Assembly: GCA_949841595.1 (NCBI GenBank)
Contig: CATKZB010000011.1
Location: 1 to 32,000 of the forward strand
Direction: 5' to 3'
Source: an uncultured Christensenella sp.
GTDB lineage: Bacteria; Bacillota; Clostridia; Christensenellales; UBA1242
DNA length: 32,000 bases
Below, piece after piece: positions 15,359-24,698 of this stretch; position 1 is the first letter of the stretch, and each line of letters starts with the position of its first letter. The position numbers were made by a program, and so were the translations under genes. Below the pieces are notes generated by a model. The model did not search any database. It saw nothing but the letters and a program-made list of their open reading frames with translations, and was not told where the DNA came from.

Positions 15359-15628
15359 ATGGATAAACAAGTTAAATCTGAAATTATCTCTAAATTCAAG
15401 CAATCAGAAAATGACACTGGTTCTGCTCAAGTGCAAATCGCACTTTTGACACAAAGAATCAATCATTTGACAGAACACTTGAAAGTCAACAAAAAAGACA
15501 ATCACTCAAGACGTGGTCTTTTGAAAATGGTTGGTAAGAGAAAAGGTTTCTTGCAATATCTTAAAGACAGAGATATTGAAGCTTACAGAAAGCTTATTCA
15601 AGAACTTAATATCAGAGAAATTAAATAA
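15359..15628 (+). CDS. rpsO: 30S ribosomal protein S15
   Basis: 89 aa, [58 protein letters not shown]. Followed by pnp. Confidence 0.95.
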   Translation: MDKQVKSEIISKFKQSENDTGSAQVQIALLTQRINHLTEHLKVNKKDNHSRRGLLKMVGKRKGFLQYLKDRDIEAYRKLIQELNIREIK

Positions 15629-15633
15629 TTGTG

Positions 15634-15660
15634 GGGAGCCTTTTTTTTGCTCCCTTCTTT
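15634..15660 (+). terminator. rpsO terminator / pnp leader hairpin
   Basis: gggagc-cttttttt-gctccc followed by ttctttt. Confidence 0.6.
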
Positions 15661-15681
15661 TATCAATTTTAAGGAGAAAAT

Positions 15682-17784
15682 ATGGATTATAAAAAATATG
15701 TAATTAATGTTGCCGGAAAAGATGTGACTTTTGAAACTGGCAAACTTTGTGGACAAGCAAATGGATCTTGTTTGGTTAGATGTGGAGACACGGTGGTTAT
15801 GGTGAATGTGACAATGTCTGATGCACCAAAGCCAGGGATTGACTTTTTCCCTCTTTCTGTTGAATATCAAGAAAAAATGTATTCAGTTGGAAAAATCCCA
15901 GGGGGTTTTAAGAAGAGAGAAGGAAGACCAAGCGATAAAGCTATTTTGGTTTCTCGTTTGATTGACAGACCTTTGAGACCACTTTTCCCAAAAGGATTTT
16001 TCAATGATGTGGTTGTTGTTGCAACTGCACTTTCTATTGACCCAGATGTAAGCCCAGAACCATTGGCTATGCTTGGTTCTTCATTTGCTCTTTCAATTTC
16101 TGATATTCCTTTCCTTGGACCTACAGGTTCTGTTCAAGTTGGTTTGGTGGATGGAAAGTTTATTATCAACCCAAATCAAGATGAAAGAGATAAAAGTGAT
16201 TTGGCTCTCACCGTAAGTGGAACTGATGAAGCTGTGTTGATGGTGGAAGCAGGAGCTAATGAAGTGCCAGAAAGTGTTATGCTTGATGCCATTATGCTTG
16301 CACATGAAGAGATTAAGAAAATTGTTAAGTTCATCAAAGGTGTGAAAGAAGAAATTGGCAAACCAGTTAATTCAAAAGTGGAATATTATGTTGTTCCTGA
16401 AGAAATTGAAACTGCTGTCAGAGCATATGCAGACAAAATGTATGACCATGTGCTTGACACCTTTGTTAGACATGAAAGAGAAGTCCGTGAAGAAGAGGCT
16501 AAGGCTGATATCCAAGCTCATTTTGCTGAAATCTTCCCTGATATGACAAGACAAATCAATGATGTGCTTTACAAAATGAAAAAAGAAAAGGTCAGAGCAA
16601 GAATTTTGAACGAAGGTGTCCGTCCTGACGGAAGAAAATTGGAAGAAATTCGTCCAATTTGGTGCGAAGTCGGCATGCTTCCAAGAGTTCATGGTTCTGC
16701 AGTGTTCACAAGAGGTGAAACTCAAGTATTGTCTGCTTTGACTCTTGGAACAGTAAGTGATGTTCAAAAACTTGAAGGTTTGGATGATGAAGAAGTAAAC
16801 AGATATGTTCATCATTACAACATGCCTCCATATGCAACAGGTGAAGCTATGATGATAAGAAGCACTGGTCGTCGTGAAATCGGCCATGGCGCTTTGGCTG
16901 AAAGAGCTTTAGAGCCTGTTGTGCCAAAAGAAGATGTTTTCCCATATGCATTAAGAATTGTCAGTGAAGTGCTTTCTTCAAATGGATCTTCTTCAATGGC
17001 CAGTGTTTGTGGATCTACGCTTGCATTGATGGATGGTGGAGTGCCTATTTCAGCGCCTGTTTCAGGAATTGCAATGGGACTTATTAAAGATGAAAAGTCA
17101 AACAAAGTTGCTGTGCTTTCTGACATTCAAGGTTTGGAAGATTTCCTTGGTGATATGGACTTTAAGGTTACTGGAACAGCAAAAGGTGTTACAGCAATTC
17201 AAATGGATATAAAGATCAAAGGTATTGACAAGGCAATATTGACTGAAGCTTTGGAAAGAGCTAAAATCGGAAGAATGTATATCATGGAAAAACTTCTTGC
17301 TTGCATTGACAAACCAAGAACAGAACTTTCTAAATATGCTCCAAAGATTATCACTTTCTCAATCAATCCTGAAAAAATTAAGGATGTCATCGGATCTGGT
17401 GGAAAGACAATCAATAAGATTATCGATGAAACTGGCGTTAAGATTGACATTGAAGATGACGGAACTGTTTTTGTGGCTTCTTGTGATGCCGAAATGAATG
17501 AAAAGGCTAAGATGATCATCCTTTCAATTGCAGAAGATGTTGAGGTTGGTGATGTTTATGACGGGAAAGTTATAAGAATCATGGCATTCGGAGCTTTTGT
17601 TGACCTTGGTGGTGGAAAAGAAGGAATGATTCACATTTCAAAACTTTCAAACAAGAGAGTTGAAAAAGTTGAAGATGTTGTTAAAATTGGCGACACGGTT
17701 GAAGTTGAAGTCATCAAAGTTGATGAAAAAGGCAGAGTTGATTTGAAGAGAATTCTTCCAAAAGAAGAAAAATCAGACAAATAA
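15682..17784 (+). CDS. pnp: Polyribonucleotide nucleotidyltransferase (PNPase)
   Basis: 700 aa. Two RNase PH domains (DFFPLSVEYQEKMYSVGKIPGGFKKREGRPS; GRREIGHGALAERAL), KH (IKDVIGSGGKTINKI), S1 (GKVIRIMAFGAFVDL). Confidence 0.95.
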   Translation: MDYKKYVINVAGKDVTFETGKLCGQANGSCLVRCGDTVVMVNVTMSDAPKPGIDFFPLSVEYQEKMYSVGKIPGGFKKREGRPSDKAILVSRLIDRPLRPLFPKGFFNDVVVVATALSIDPDVSPEPLAMLGSSFALSISDIPFLGPTGSVQVGLVDGKFIINPNQDERDKSDLALTVSGTDEAVLMVEAGANEVPESVMLDAIMLAHEEIKKIVKFIKGVKEEIGKPVNSKVEYYVVPEEIETAVRAYADKMYDHVLDTFVRHEREVREEEAKADIQAHFAEIFPDMTRQINDVLYKMKKEKVRARILNEGVRPDGRKLEEIRPIWCEVGMLPRVHGSAVFTRGETQVLSALTLGTVSDVQKLEGLDDEEVNRYVHHYNMPPYATGEAMMIRSTGRREIGHGALAERALEPVVPKEDVFPYALRIVSEVLSSNGSSSMASVCGSTLALMDGGVPISAPVSGIAMGLIKDEKSNKVAVLSDIQGLEDFLGDMDFKVTGTAKGVTAIQMDIKIKGIDKAILTEALERAKIGRMYIMEKLLACIDKPRTELSKYAPKIITFSINPEKIKDVIGSGGKTINKIIDETGVKIDIEDDGTVFVASCDAEMNEKAKMIILSIAEDVEVGDVYDGKVIRIMAFGAFVDLGGGKEGMIHISKLSNKRVEKVEDVVKIGDTVEVEVIKVDEKGRVDLKRILPKEEKSDK

Positions 17785-17793
17785 AACAACAAA

Positions 17794-17826
17794 AATTCTC
17801 AAAAATATTTGAGAATTTTTTTATTT
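17794..17826 (+). terminator. Intrinsic terminator of pnp
   Basis: aattctcaaa-aata-tttgagaatt followed by T-run. Confidence 0.75.
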
Positions 17827-17829
17827 TTC

Positions 17830-17859
17830 TTGACTTGTGTATTTTTGACACATTATAAT
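17830..17859 (+). promoter_or_regulatory. Promoter of the Nudix regulator gene with an inverted repeat in the spacer
   Basis: TTGACT, 18-nt spacer, TATAAT. tgtgt-N7-acaca (17836-17852) lies in the spacer. Confidence 0.5.
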
Positions 17860-17878
17860 AGGTTTAAGGAGTTTACAG

Positions 17879-18526
17879 ATGGATATTTCAAATCCTTTAT
17901 ACAAAAATCAGGGGATTCATGTTGCCCTTGCATTATTCACTGTTGAAAATGGCAGATTTAAAGTGTTTCTTATTCAAAGAAAGAATCAACCTTACAAAGA
18001 TAAGTGGATATTGATTGGTGGAGCTTGCTATAACAATGAAGACACTGAAACAGCCATGAAAAGAGAAATGTTTGAAAAAACAGGCATTAAAGATGTCAAT
18101 TTTCAAATGTTCAACATTTATTCAAGGCCAGACAGAAGCCCGGTTTGTCGTATGCTTGCAGTGGCATATGTGGGTGTTATTGATTGCAAAAGGGTGGAAT
18201 ATTTGAGAGAAACTCTAAAGACACAAGATGCTGATTGGTTTCCGATTGACAAAATTCCAGAATTGGGATATGATCACACAGAAATTTTGGGAGATGCCAT
18301 TGAATATTTGAAAGAAAAGATTTTTGATAGTGCAATTTTGAAACACTTGTTTCCAAAATATTTCACACTGCCAGATTTGCATGGAGCTTATGAAAGCATA
18401 CTCAACAAAAAATTGGACAGGCGAAATTTTCGTAAAAGACTTTTGTTGCAAAATATCATTGAAGATACTGGCATGGTGCAAGAAGTTGCAGGGAAGAAAA
18501 CTGCTAAATTATATAAATTCTTATAG
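17879..18526 (+). CDS. NrtR-like Nudix-domain protein with a C-terminal winged-helix region
   Basis: Nudix box GACYNNEDTETAMKREMFEKTGI, with the second Glu of the EE pair replaced by Lys. C-terminal FTLPDLHGAYESILNKKLDRRNFRKRLL is typical of NrtR. Confidence 0.7.
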   Translation: MDISNPLYKNQGIHVALALFTVENGRFKVFLIQRKNQPYKDKWILIGGACYNNEDTETAMKREMFEKTGIKDVNFQMFNIYSRPDRSPVCRMLAVAYVGVIDCKRVEYLRETLKTQDADWFPIDKIPELGYDHTEILGDAIEYLKEKIFDSAILKHLFPKYFTLPDLHGAYESILNKKLDRRNFRKRLLLQNIIEDTGMVQEVAGKKTAKLYKFL

Positions 18527-18606
18527 TGATTTTAACAAGGCTTTAAAAAAGCCTTTTAAAATAATTTACAAAAGTGTATAAAATACGCAATCAAAAAGGA
18601 GAAAAA

Positions 18607-19674
18607 ATGAAAACAATTTTGGTAAATTTATTGGGAGCCCCAGGTTCGGGAAAGTCTACTTTGGCAGCAGATGTTTTTGCAAAACTGAAAGTTAAGGGGT
18701 ATAGGTGTGAATATGTGGATGAATATGCAAAACATGTTGTTTATGAAGAAAATTATAGAAGACTTAAAAATCAACTTTTGGTGTTTTCAAAGCAATATTT
18801 TGCAATGGATGTGATAAGAGATCAAGTGAATATAATTGTCACTGATTCTCCACTGTTGTTGAGCATTTTTTATAATGAAATAAAACCAGCATCAGATTTT
18901 TTGAAAGTTCCTGATAAGATAATGACAGATTTGGTGATGTATTGTCATTCTACTTTTGACAACATGAATTATTTTATCAAAAGAAACCATGAATACAAAC
19001 AAGAGGGGCGTTGCCAAAATGAAGAAGAATCAAAACAATATGAGGGATTGATTCAAAATATGTTGAAAAGATTGGATATTGATTATGAGTTGTTGATTTC
19101 CACTGATAATTGCGCAGAAAAAATTGTCGCAGATGTTGAAAAACAATGCGAATATTATAATAGTCTTAAAAAGTCTGGATTGGAAATTGAAAGAAAGTTT
19201 CTGCTTTCAAAAACTCCAGAAAATTTGGAAAAATGCAAAAGAAGCAATATTTTACAAGGATATTTAAACAAGAATGGGCATGAACTAAGAGCGAGAAATG
19301 TTGATAATAAAGAATTTTATTTGACAGAAAAATTTGGTTTTGGTTTGCAAAGAGAAGAGTATGAAAAAGCCATAAGTAGCACCGAATATCATAACCTTAT
19401 GGATAAAGCTGGTGGTAGAGTTATCAAAAAAATGAGATATTATTATCCTCTTGAAGAGAACAAAACTGCCGAGATAGATTTTTACTTTGGCAACAATTCT
19501 GGACTTAAAACTGTTGAAGTTGAATTTGATTCGTTGGAGAGCGCAGAAAAATTTGAAGTGCCTTCTTGGTTTGGAAAAGAAATTACCAATGATCCCAATT
19601 ATAAAAATAGTGAGTTGTCTTTAAAAGAATTGAAAGGAAAAAATTTTGAAAAAGGTATAAGTAGATCAATTTAG
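18607..19674 (+). CDS. Fusion protein: N-terminal P-loop NTPase/kinase-like domain plus C-terminal CYTH (triphosphate tunnel) domain
   Basis: RBS AAAGGAG before ATG 18607 (the ORF track starts at 18574). Walker A GAPGSGKST, then IVTDSPLLLS. CYTH signature LEIERKFLL is followed by beta-rich ...IDFYFG...VEVEF. Confidence 0.7.
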   Translation: MKTILVNLLGAPGSGKSTLAADVFAKLKVKGYRCEYVDEYAKHVVYEENYRRLKNQLLVFSKQYFAMDVIRDQVNIIVTDSPLLLSIFYNEIKPASDFLKVPDKIMTDLVMYCHSTFDNMNYFIKRNHEYKQEGRCQNEEESKQYEGLIQNMLKRLDIDYELLISTDNCAEKIVADVEKQCEYYNSLKKSGLEIERKFLLSKTPENLEKCKRSNILQGYLNKNGHELRARNVDNKEFYLTEKFGFGLQREEYEKAISSTEYHNLMDKAGGRVIKKMRYYYPLEENKTAEIDFYFGNNSGLKTVEVEFDSLESAEKFEVPSWFGKEITNDPNYKNSELSLKELKGKNFEKGISRSI

Positions 19675-19688
19675 ATCTACTTTTTTTG
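19661..19688 (+). terminator. Intrinsic terminator overlapping the stop codon
   Basis: gtagatc-aattta-gatctac followed by T7. Confidence 0.7.
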
Positions 19689-19745
19689 ACTCTTGATAAC
19701 AATAAATTAATTAAAATTATATAATGATTTTGGGGCAACTTGTTA

Positions 19746-20523
<778 letters not shown>

Positions 20524-20540
20524 AAGAAAAAAATCATTGA

Positions 20541-20568
20541 AAACAAGCAGAAAAATGCTTGTTTTTTT
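20541..20568 (+). terminator. Intrinsic terminator
   Basis: aaacaagca-gaaaaa-tgcttgttt followed by T-run. Confidence 0.75.
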
Positions 20569-20578
20569 ATATATAGAG

Positions 20579-20607
20579 TTGAAAATGTGAATATTTTGTG
20601 TTAGAAT
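20579..20607 (+). promoter_or_regulatory. Promoter of the ABC exporter gene
   Basis: TTGAAA, 17-nt spacer, TGtTAGAAT. The ORF-track ATG at 20606 lies inside the -10, which argues for a start at 20624. Confidence 0.55.
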
Positions 20608-20623
20608 GAACAAAAGGTGGAAA

Positions 20624-22369
20624 ATGAAAACAAAAAAGGTTAGTGGACTAGGTTCTTTAATACAATTTTACAAAAAACATTGGGTGTTTTTTGTTGGCTA
20701 TGTGCTTTTGTTGGTAGTTAAATCTGTTTTGGGATTTTTATCAGCCATGTATGTGGCAAATATGATTGCTTGCATCATGGATGAAGGAAACTTTGATAGA
20801 GCATTTATCTATGCAGGAATATGTTTGGGAATTGCAGTGCTAAACTCTTTATGTTCCATTTTAAATACATATTTTTTTAAACAACTTGAAAATAGAACGA
20901 AAATAGACATTCAACAAATGGTGTTGAAGCGTTCTCTTGACATTCAAATGAAAAATTATGATTCAATGGGAAGTGGAATTATTGTAACAAGACTTACAAG
21001 TGACATAAATTCACTTTCAACAGAGTTTAAATCTTTTACAACAAGAGTGATTGATCTGTTGCAAAAAGCTGCATATGTTGTTTATATTTTCTTTTTAAAT
21101 TATTGGCTTGGGCTTGTTTTGGTTGGAACGATTCTTCTTACAATTTTAATGAGTCGTATCAGACTTCATTATTTTAATAAATATAAGCCAGGTGTCAGAA
21201 AAGCTGCTGAAAAAGTCAATTCAAAAATTATTGAAGTTGTCCGTGGTGTGAAAGATGTTAAGACTCTCAATTGTGCCGACACAACACTAGAACTTATGAA
21301 ACAAGACCAGAAAGTTTACAGCAAAAGAGATAATTTTGAATGGTATTTGGGTGTAACTTTAAGCAATTTAACAAGCGTGATGAAACACTTGTGCAATTTT
21401 GCATTTATTGCTTTATGTATTTATTTCTTGAGAATGGAAAGTTTGACGCCACTTATTTTCTATACCTGCTTCTTATATAAAGACCATATGTTGGATTTTG
21501 CTCAGATTCTTGAAGACTTGCAAATGAACTTGGGGACAGCAAATATATTTGCAGAAAGAATTTTTAAATTAACCGATCCAACAGTTTATTCAGTTGATGT
21601 TTTTGGTGACAAAAATATTGAAAATTATTCTGGAAGTGTTTTATTTATAGATGTTTGCTTTTCTTACGGGGGTAATGAAGATAAACTTGTTTTGAATAAT
21701 GCAAGTTTTGAAATTAAACCACGCCAGACGGTCGCATTTGTTGGGGAGAGTGGATGTGGAAAAACAACAATCATAAACTTGATTGCTCATCTTTATTACA
21801 AAAATTCAGGAGAAATTCTTTTTGACGGTGTTCCTATTGAGGAATTGTCAAGAGACTTTGTTAAAGATAATATTGCCGTTGTGAATCAATTTCCATACAT
21901 ATTCAACTTGTCTATAAGAGAAAATTTTAAGTTAATCAAAGCAGACATCACTGATGAGGAAATATATGATTTGTGCGAGAAAACGAAAATTTTGGAACAT
22001 GTCAAATCTTTACCAATGGGATTGGACAGTGTGATTGGTGAAAATGGTTGTCAATTTTCGGGTGGTCAAAAACAAAAATTGTGTATAGCAAGAGCGCTTG
22101 CAAGAGATGTTAAAATTTTGATTTTTGATGAGGCCACGAGTGCACTGGATAATGCAAATCAGATGGATATTATGAAAGTTATTGAAGATCTAAAGAGCAC
22201 AATGACTGTGATATTAATTGCACACAGACTTTCGACAATCACATATGCAGATTGCATTTATTTGATGAAAGAAGGCAAAGTTGTGGCACAAGGAAATCAT
22301 GCCGAACTTTTGAAATCAAACAGTTTTTATAAGCAATTATACAACAATTCTAAAAAAGAAAAAAAATAA
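20624..22369 (+). CDS. ABC exporter, fused permease and ATP-binding protein (MsbA/MdlB type)
   Basis: Six-TM N-terminal half. GESGCGKTT, LSGGQKQKLCIARAL, ILIFDEATSALD. SD AAGGTGG before ATG 20624. Confidence 0.85.
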   Translation: MKTKKVSGLGSLIQFYKKHWVFFVGYVLLLVVKSVLGFLSAMYVANMIACIMDEGNFDRAFIYAGICLGIAVLNSLCSILNTYFFKQLENRTKIDIQQMVLKRSLDIQMKNYDSMGSGIIVTRLTSDINSLSTEFKSFTTRVIDLLQKAAYVVYIFFLNYWLGLVLVGTILLTILMSRIRLHYFNKYKPGVRKAAEKVNSKIIEVVRGVKDVKTLNCADTTLELMKQDQKVYSKRDNFEWYLGVTLSNLTSVMKHLCNFAFIALCIYFLRMESLTPLIFYTCFLYKDHMLDFAQILEDLQMNLGTANIFAERIFKLTDPTVYSVDVFGDKNIENYSGSVLFIDVCFSYGGNEDKLVLNNASFEIKPRQTVAFVGESGCGKTTIINLIAHLYYKNSGEILFDGVPIEELSRDFVKDNIAVVNQFPYIFNLSIRENFKLIKADITDEEIYDLCEKTKILEHVKSLPMGLDSVIGENGCQFSGGQKQKLCIARALARDVKILIFDEATSALDNANQMDIMKVIEDLKSTMTVILIAHRLSTITYADCIYLMKEGKVVAQGNHAELLKSNSFYKQLYNNSKKEKK

Positions 22370-22373
22370 AAAA

Positions 22374-22739
22374 ATGGGACAAAATTTTGATATTTATTTA
22401 AAAAAACTAAAAAATTCGAAGTTTAGGGCTAATTTTTCGTTAAAAGCTAGTGATTTTGCATACATTCAGAAAAAAGGAATTGAGACAATAAGATTGCATG
22501 CAGAAGAATTTGTTAATAAAAGAATAGCTCCAAAAGTGATTGTAAATGATGGGAAGCAAACTCCTATGAAAGGGCATCCTGTTTTTGTTGCACAACATGC
22601 AACTGCAACTTGCTGTCGTGGATGTCTGTTTAAGTGGTATGGAATACCACAAAATAAAAATTTGTCAGAACAGGAAATTGATTTTGTTGTCAATCTTATC
22701 ATGGCATGGATTGAAAATGAAATTTCAAATTTGAATTAA
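22374..22739 (+). CDS. DUF4186-like small protein
   Basis: HPVFVAQHATATCCRGCLFKWYGIP matches the motif recalled for DUF4186. Recognised from memory, not searched. Confidence 0.55.
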   Translation: MGQNFDIYLKKLKNSKFRANFSLKASDFAYIQKKGIETIRLHAEEFVNKRIAPKVIVNDGKQTPMKGHPVFVAQHATATCCRGCLFKWYGIPQNKNLSEQEIDFVVNLIMAWIENEISNLN

Positions 22740-22744
22740 AAATA

Positions 22745-22778
22745 AAACATCTTTTATTAAAAAGGTGTTTATTTTTTG
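22745..22778. terminator. Bidirectional terminator between convergent genes
   Basis: aaacatctttt-atta-aaaaggtgttt followed by T-run. Overlaps the stop codon of the minus-strand gene. Confidence 0.6.
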
Positions 22779-23461
22779 TTGTGTACAACAACAGATTTTG
22801 ACTTTTCATCATATACGGCAAGTGCAATGTTTTTAAGTTCTTTTTTTGAAGTTATATTTAGATTTTTGTATAACCATTTCTCATCTTTATTTAGTTCTTT
22901 CAATCCAGATTTTGAAACTTTCCCATCAATAACCAATTCATTTGTAAGAGATGCTTTTTGAATTTTTACATCTTTTAAATTTTCTACCACAGTTGGAGTT
23001 TGAGCTCCTTTTGGAAGAACGGAAAGTTCTCCACTTGTTTCAAAGATTGCATAAGCTACAGAATTTATATCAAAATAGCCTTTTTCTCTTAGCATTGACA
23101 GCAAATCATTTATATCAATGTTGGATTTGCAAATTTGTTTATAATTTATTTTTCCATTATAAATCAAAGTCGCAGGTTTACCTTTAAAAATTCTTTTTAA
23201 AAAAGTGGATTTTCTTCCTATCACAGCAATAAGAAAAGCTAATAAAAAGAAAATTGTCATTGCAATCAGATAATGATAAAATGGTTTGTCAGTTGTTGCC
23301 ATTTCAGCAGCAATTGATCCAAGAGAAATGCCGACAGCATAGTCAATAAATTCTAGTTGTGCTATTTGTTTTTTTCCTAATAATTTTGAAATGATAAACA
23401 AATAAACAAATGAGACAACAGAATTAATCAACACCCAATAAATCAAATCTATGCCAAACAT
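22769..23461 (-). CDS. DUF421/YetF-like membrane protein
   Basis: N-terminal TM helices, LLGKKQIAQLEFIDYAVGISLGSIAA, C-terminal soluble domain. RBS AAGGAG. Confidence 0.65.
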   Translation of the reverse strand: MFGIDLIYWVLINSVVSFVYLFIISKLLGKKQIAQLEFIDYAVGISLGSIAAEMATTDKPFYHYLIAMTIFFLLAFLIAVIGRKSTFLKRIFKGKPATLIYNGKINYKQICKSNIDINDLLSMLREKGYFDINSVAYAIFETSGELSVLPKGAQTPTVVENLKDVKIQKASLTNELVIDGKVSKSGLKELNKDEKWLYKNLNITSKKELKNIALAVYDEKSKSVVVHNKK

Positions 23462-23593
23462 ATTTACTCCTTAAGATGCTTTTATAGATTTCTTGACTTG
23501 AATTGCTTGTTTTATTCATATTTAAAGAAAAAATTTAAAATGATATACAAATTAAAACGCAATATGCTATACTTTTATTGGGAGATTATTTAC

Positions 23594-24070
23594 ATGGAAA
23601 ATCTTGAAGAATTTTTAATAATTGCAAAGTTGAACACATATGCAAATGGAAAATCTGCAAGGGTAGAATCATCAAGACAAGGATCAAAAGACTATCATTT
23701 TGAAAAATTTTATGATGATAAAAAATATATTTATCACGACACATATTTTGGTGGAAAGAAATTTATAGGAGAGGAGATAGTTTATTTTGATTCAAAACCT
23801 AGCTTTGCTATGAATTATTATGGTAGCGTTTTAGATGAAGATGAAAGCGAAATCATATTCAACAATGTTCTTAGAAATGCTTTAATGAAAGTAGGCGAAG
23901 ATAAAAGTGTTTTACCTCTTAGAGGTCCAAGTGAATTTGTTGTTGAAAACTATGTTTATAATTTTAAATCAATTGGAACTTTGGAAAATTTTATTGGGGA
24001 AGAAACAATTACTAAAAATGGTGAGCTAGTTTATAAATTATGTTGCCATGGTGGTGTGATTGAAAAATAA
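23594..24070 (+). CDS. DUF5680-like protein
   Basis: GGAG lies 9 nt before ATG 23594 (the ORF track opens at 23498). FLIIAKLNTYANGK...YHDTYFGGKKFIGEEIVY...AMNYYG pattern. Confidence 0.5.
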   Translation: MENLEEFLIIAKLNTYANGKSARVESSRQGSKDYHFEKFYDDKKYIYHDTYFGGKKFIGEEIVYFDSKPSFAMNYYGSVLDEDESEIIFNNVLRNALMKVGEDKSVLPLRGPSEFVVENYVYNFKSIGTLENFIGEETITKNGELVYKLCCHGGVIEK

Positions 24071-24115
24071 GAAAAAGAGTTTTAGATAAATAATAAATAA
24101 AGGATTATATAAGAA

Positions 24116-24664
24116 ATGAATTTTTTAAAAATGGGTATCAACAGTCCCGAAGATTTGTTAAATTTTTTTCAGAATAAAATGAAATATGGTTTTGTGTATC
24201 GCAAAAAAATTTTTACAGATTCTGAATCAGATTTTAATCAAAATTTTGATAAATTCTACAAGCTTAGGTTGGGAGAAGATTTTATTAAAAAAGGCTATGG
24301 AGTTTGTTGGGACTTTTGCGAATTTGAGAGATTATTTTTTGAAAAATTAAAAATAAAATATGAATGTTATTTTATTGAAAGCTTTATATATCGTCAGGAG
24401 GGTGGACCTACTCATACTTTTGCCATTTTCAACAGAAATGGAAAGTGGTTTTGGTTTGAGTATGCATGGACTTTTTACTGTGGAATTAGAGAATACGAGA
24501 CAAAGGTAGAAGCATTAAAAGATATTCTTAACAAGTTTAATAATTTTTTTAATAGCAAATTTGTTGATGTGAGACTATATAAAACTACTAAAGTTACAAA
24601 ACGACTTGATGCTTTTGAATTTGTAGAGCATTGTTTAAATTGTGAGAAAGTTGAGATTAAATAA
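24116..24664 (+). CDS. Hypothetical protein, possibly a transglutaminase-like cysteine-protease fold
   Basis: GYGVCWDFCEFERLFF ... PTHTFAIF ... WFEYAW suggests a Cys-His-Asp/Glu arrangement. Weak. Confidence 0.35.
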   Translation: MNFLKMGINSPEDLLNFFQNKMKYGFVYRKKIFTDSESDFNQNFDKFYKLRLGEDFIKKGYGVCWDFCEFERLFFEKLKIKYECYFIESFIYRQEGGPTHTFAIFNRNGKWFWFEYAWTFYCGIREYETKVEALKDILNKFNNFFNSKFVDVRLYKTTKVTKRLDAFEFVEHCLNCEKVEIK

Positions 24665-24670
24665 CAATTA

Positions 24671-24698
24671 AAAAACACCGATTATTCGGTGTTTTTTT
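24671..24698. terminator. Bidirectional terminator
   Basis: aaaaacaccg-attatt-cggtgttttt. Confidence 0.75.
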
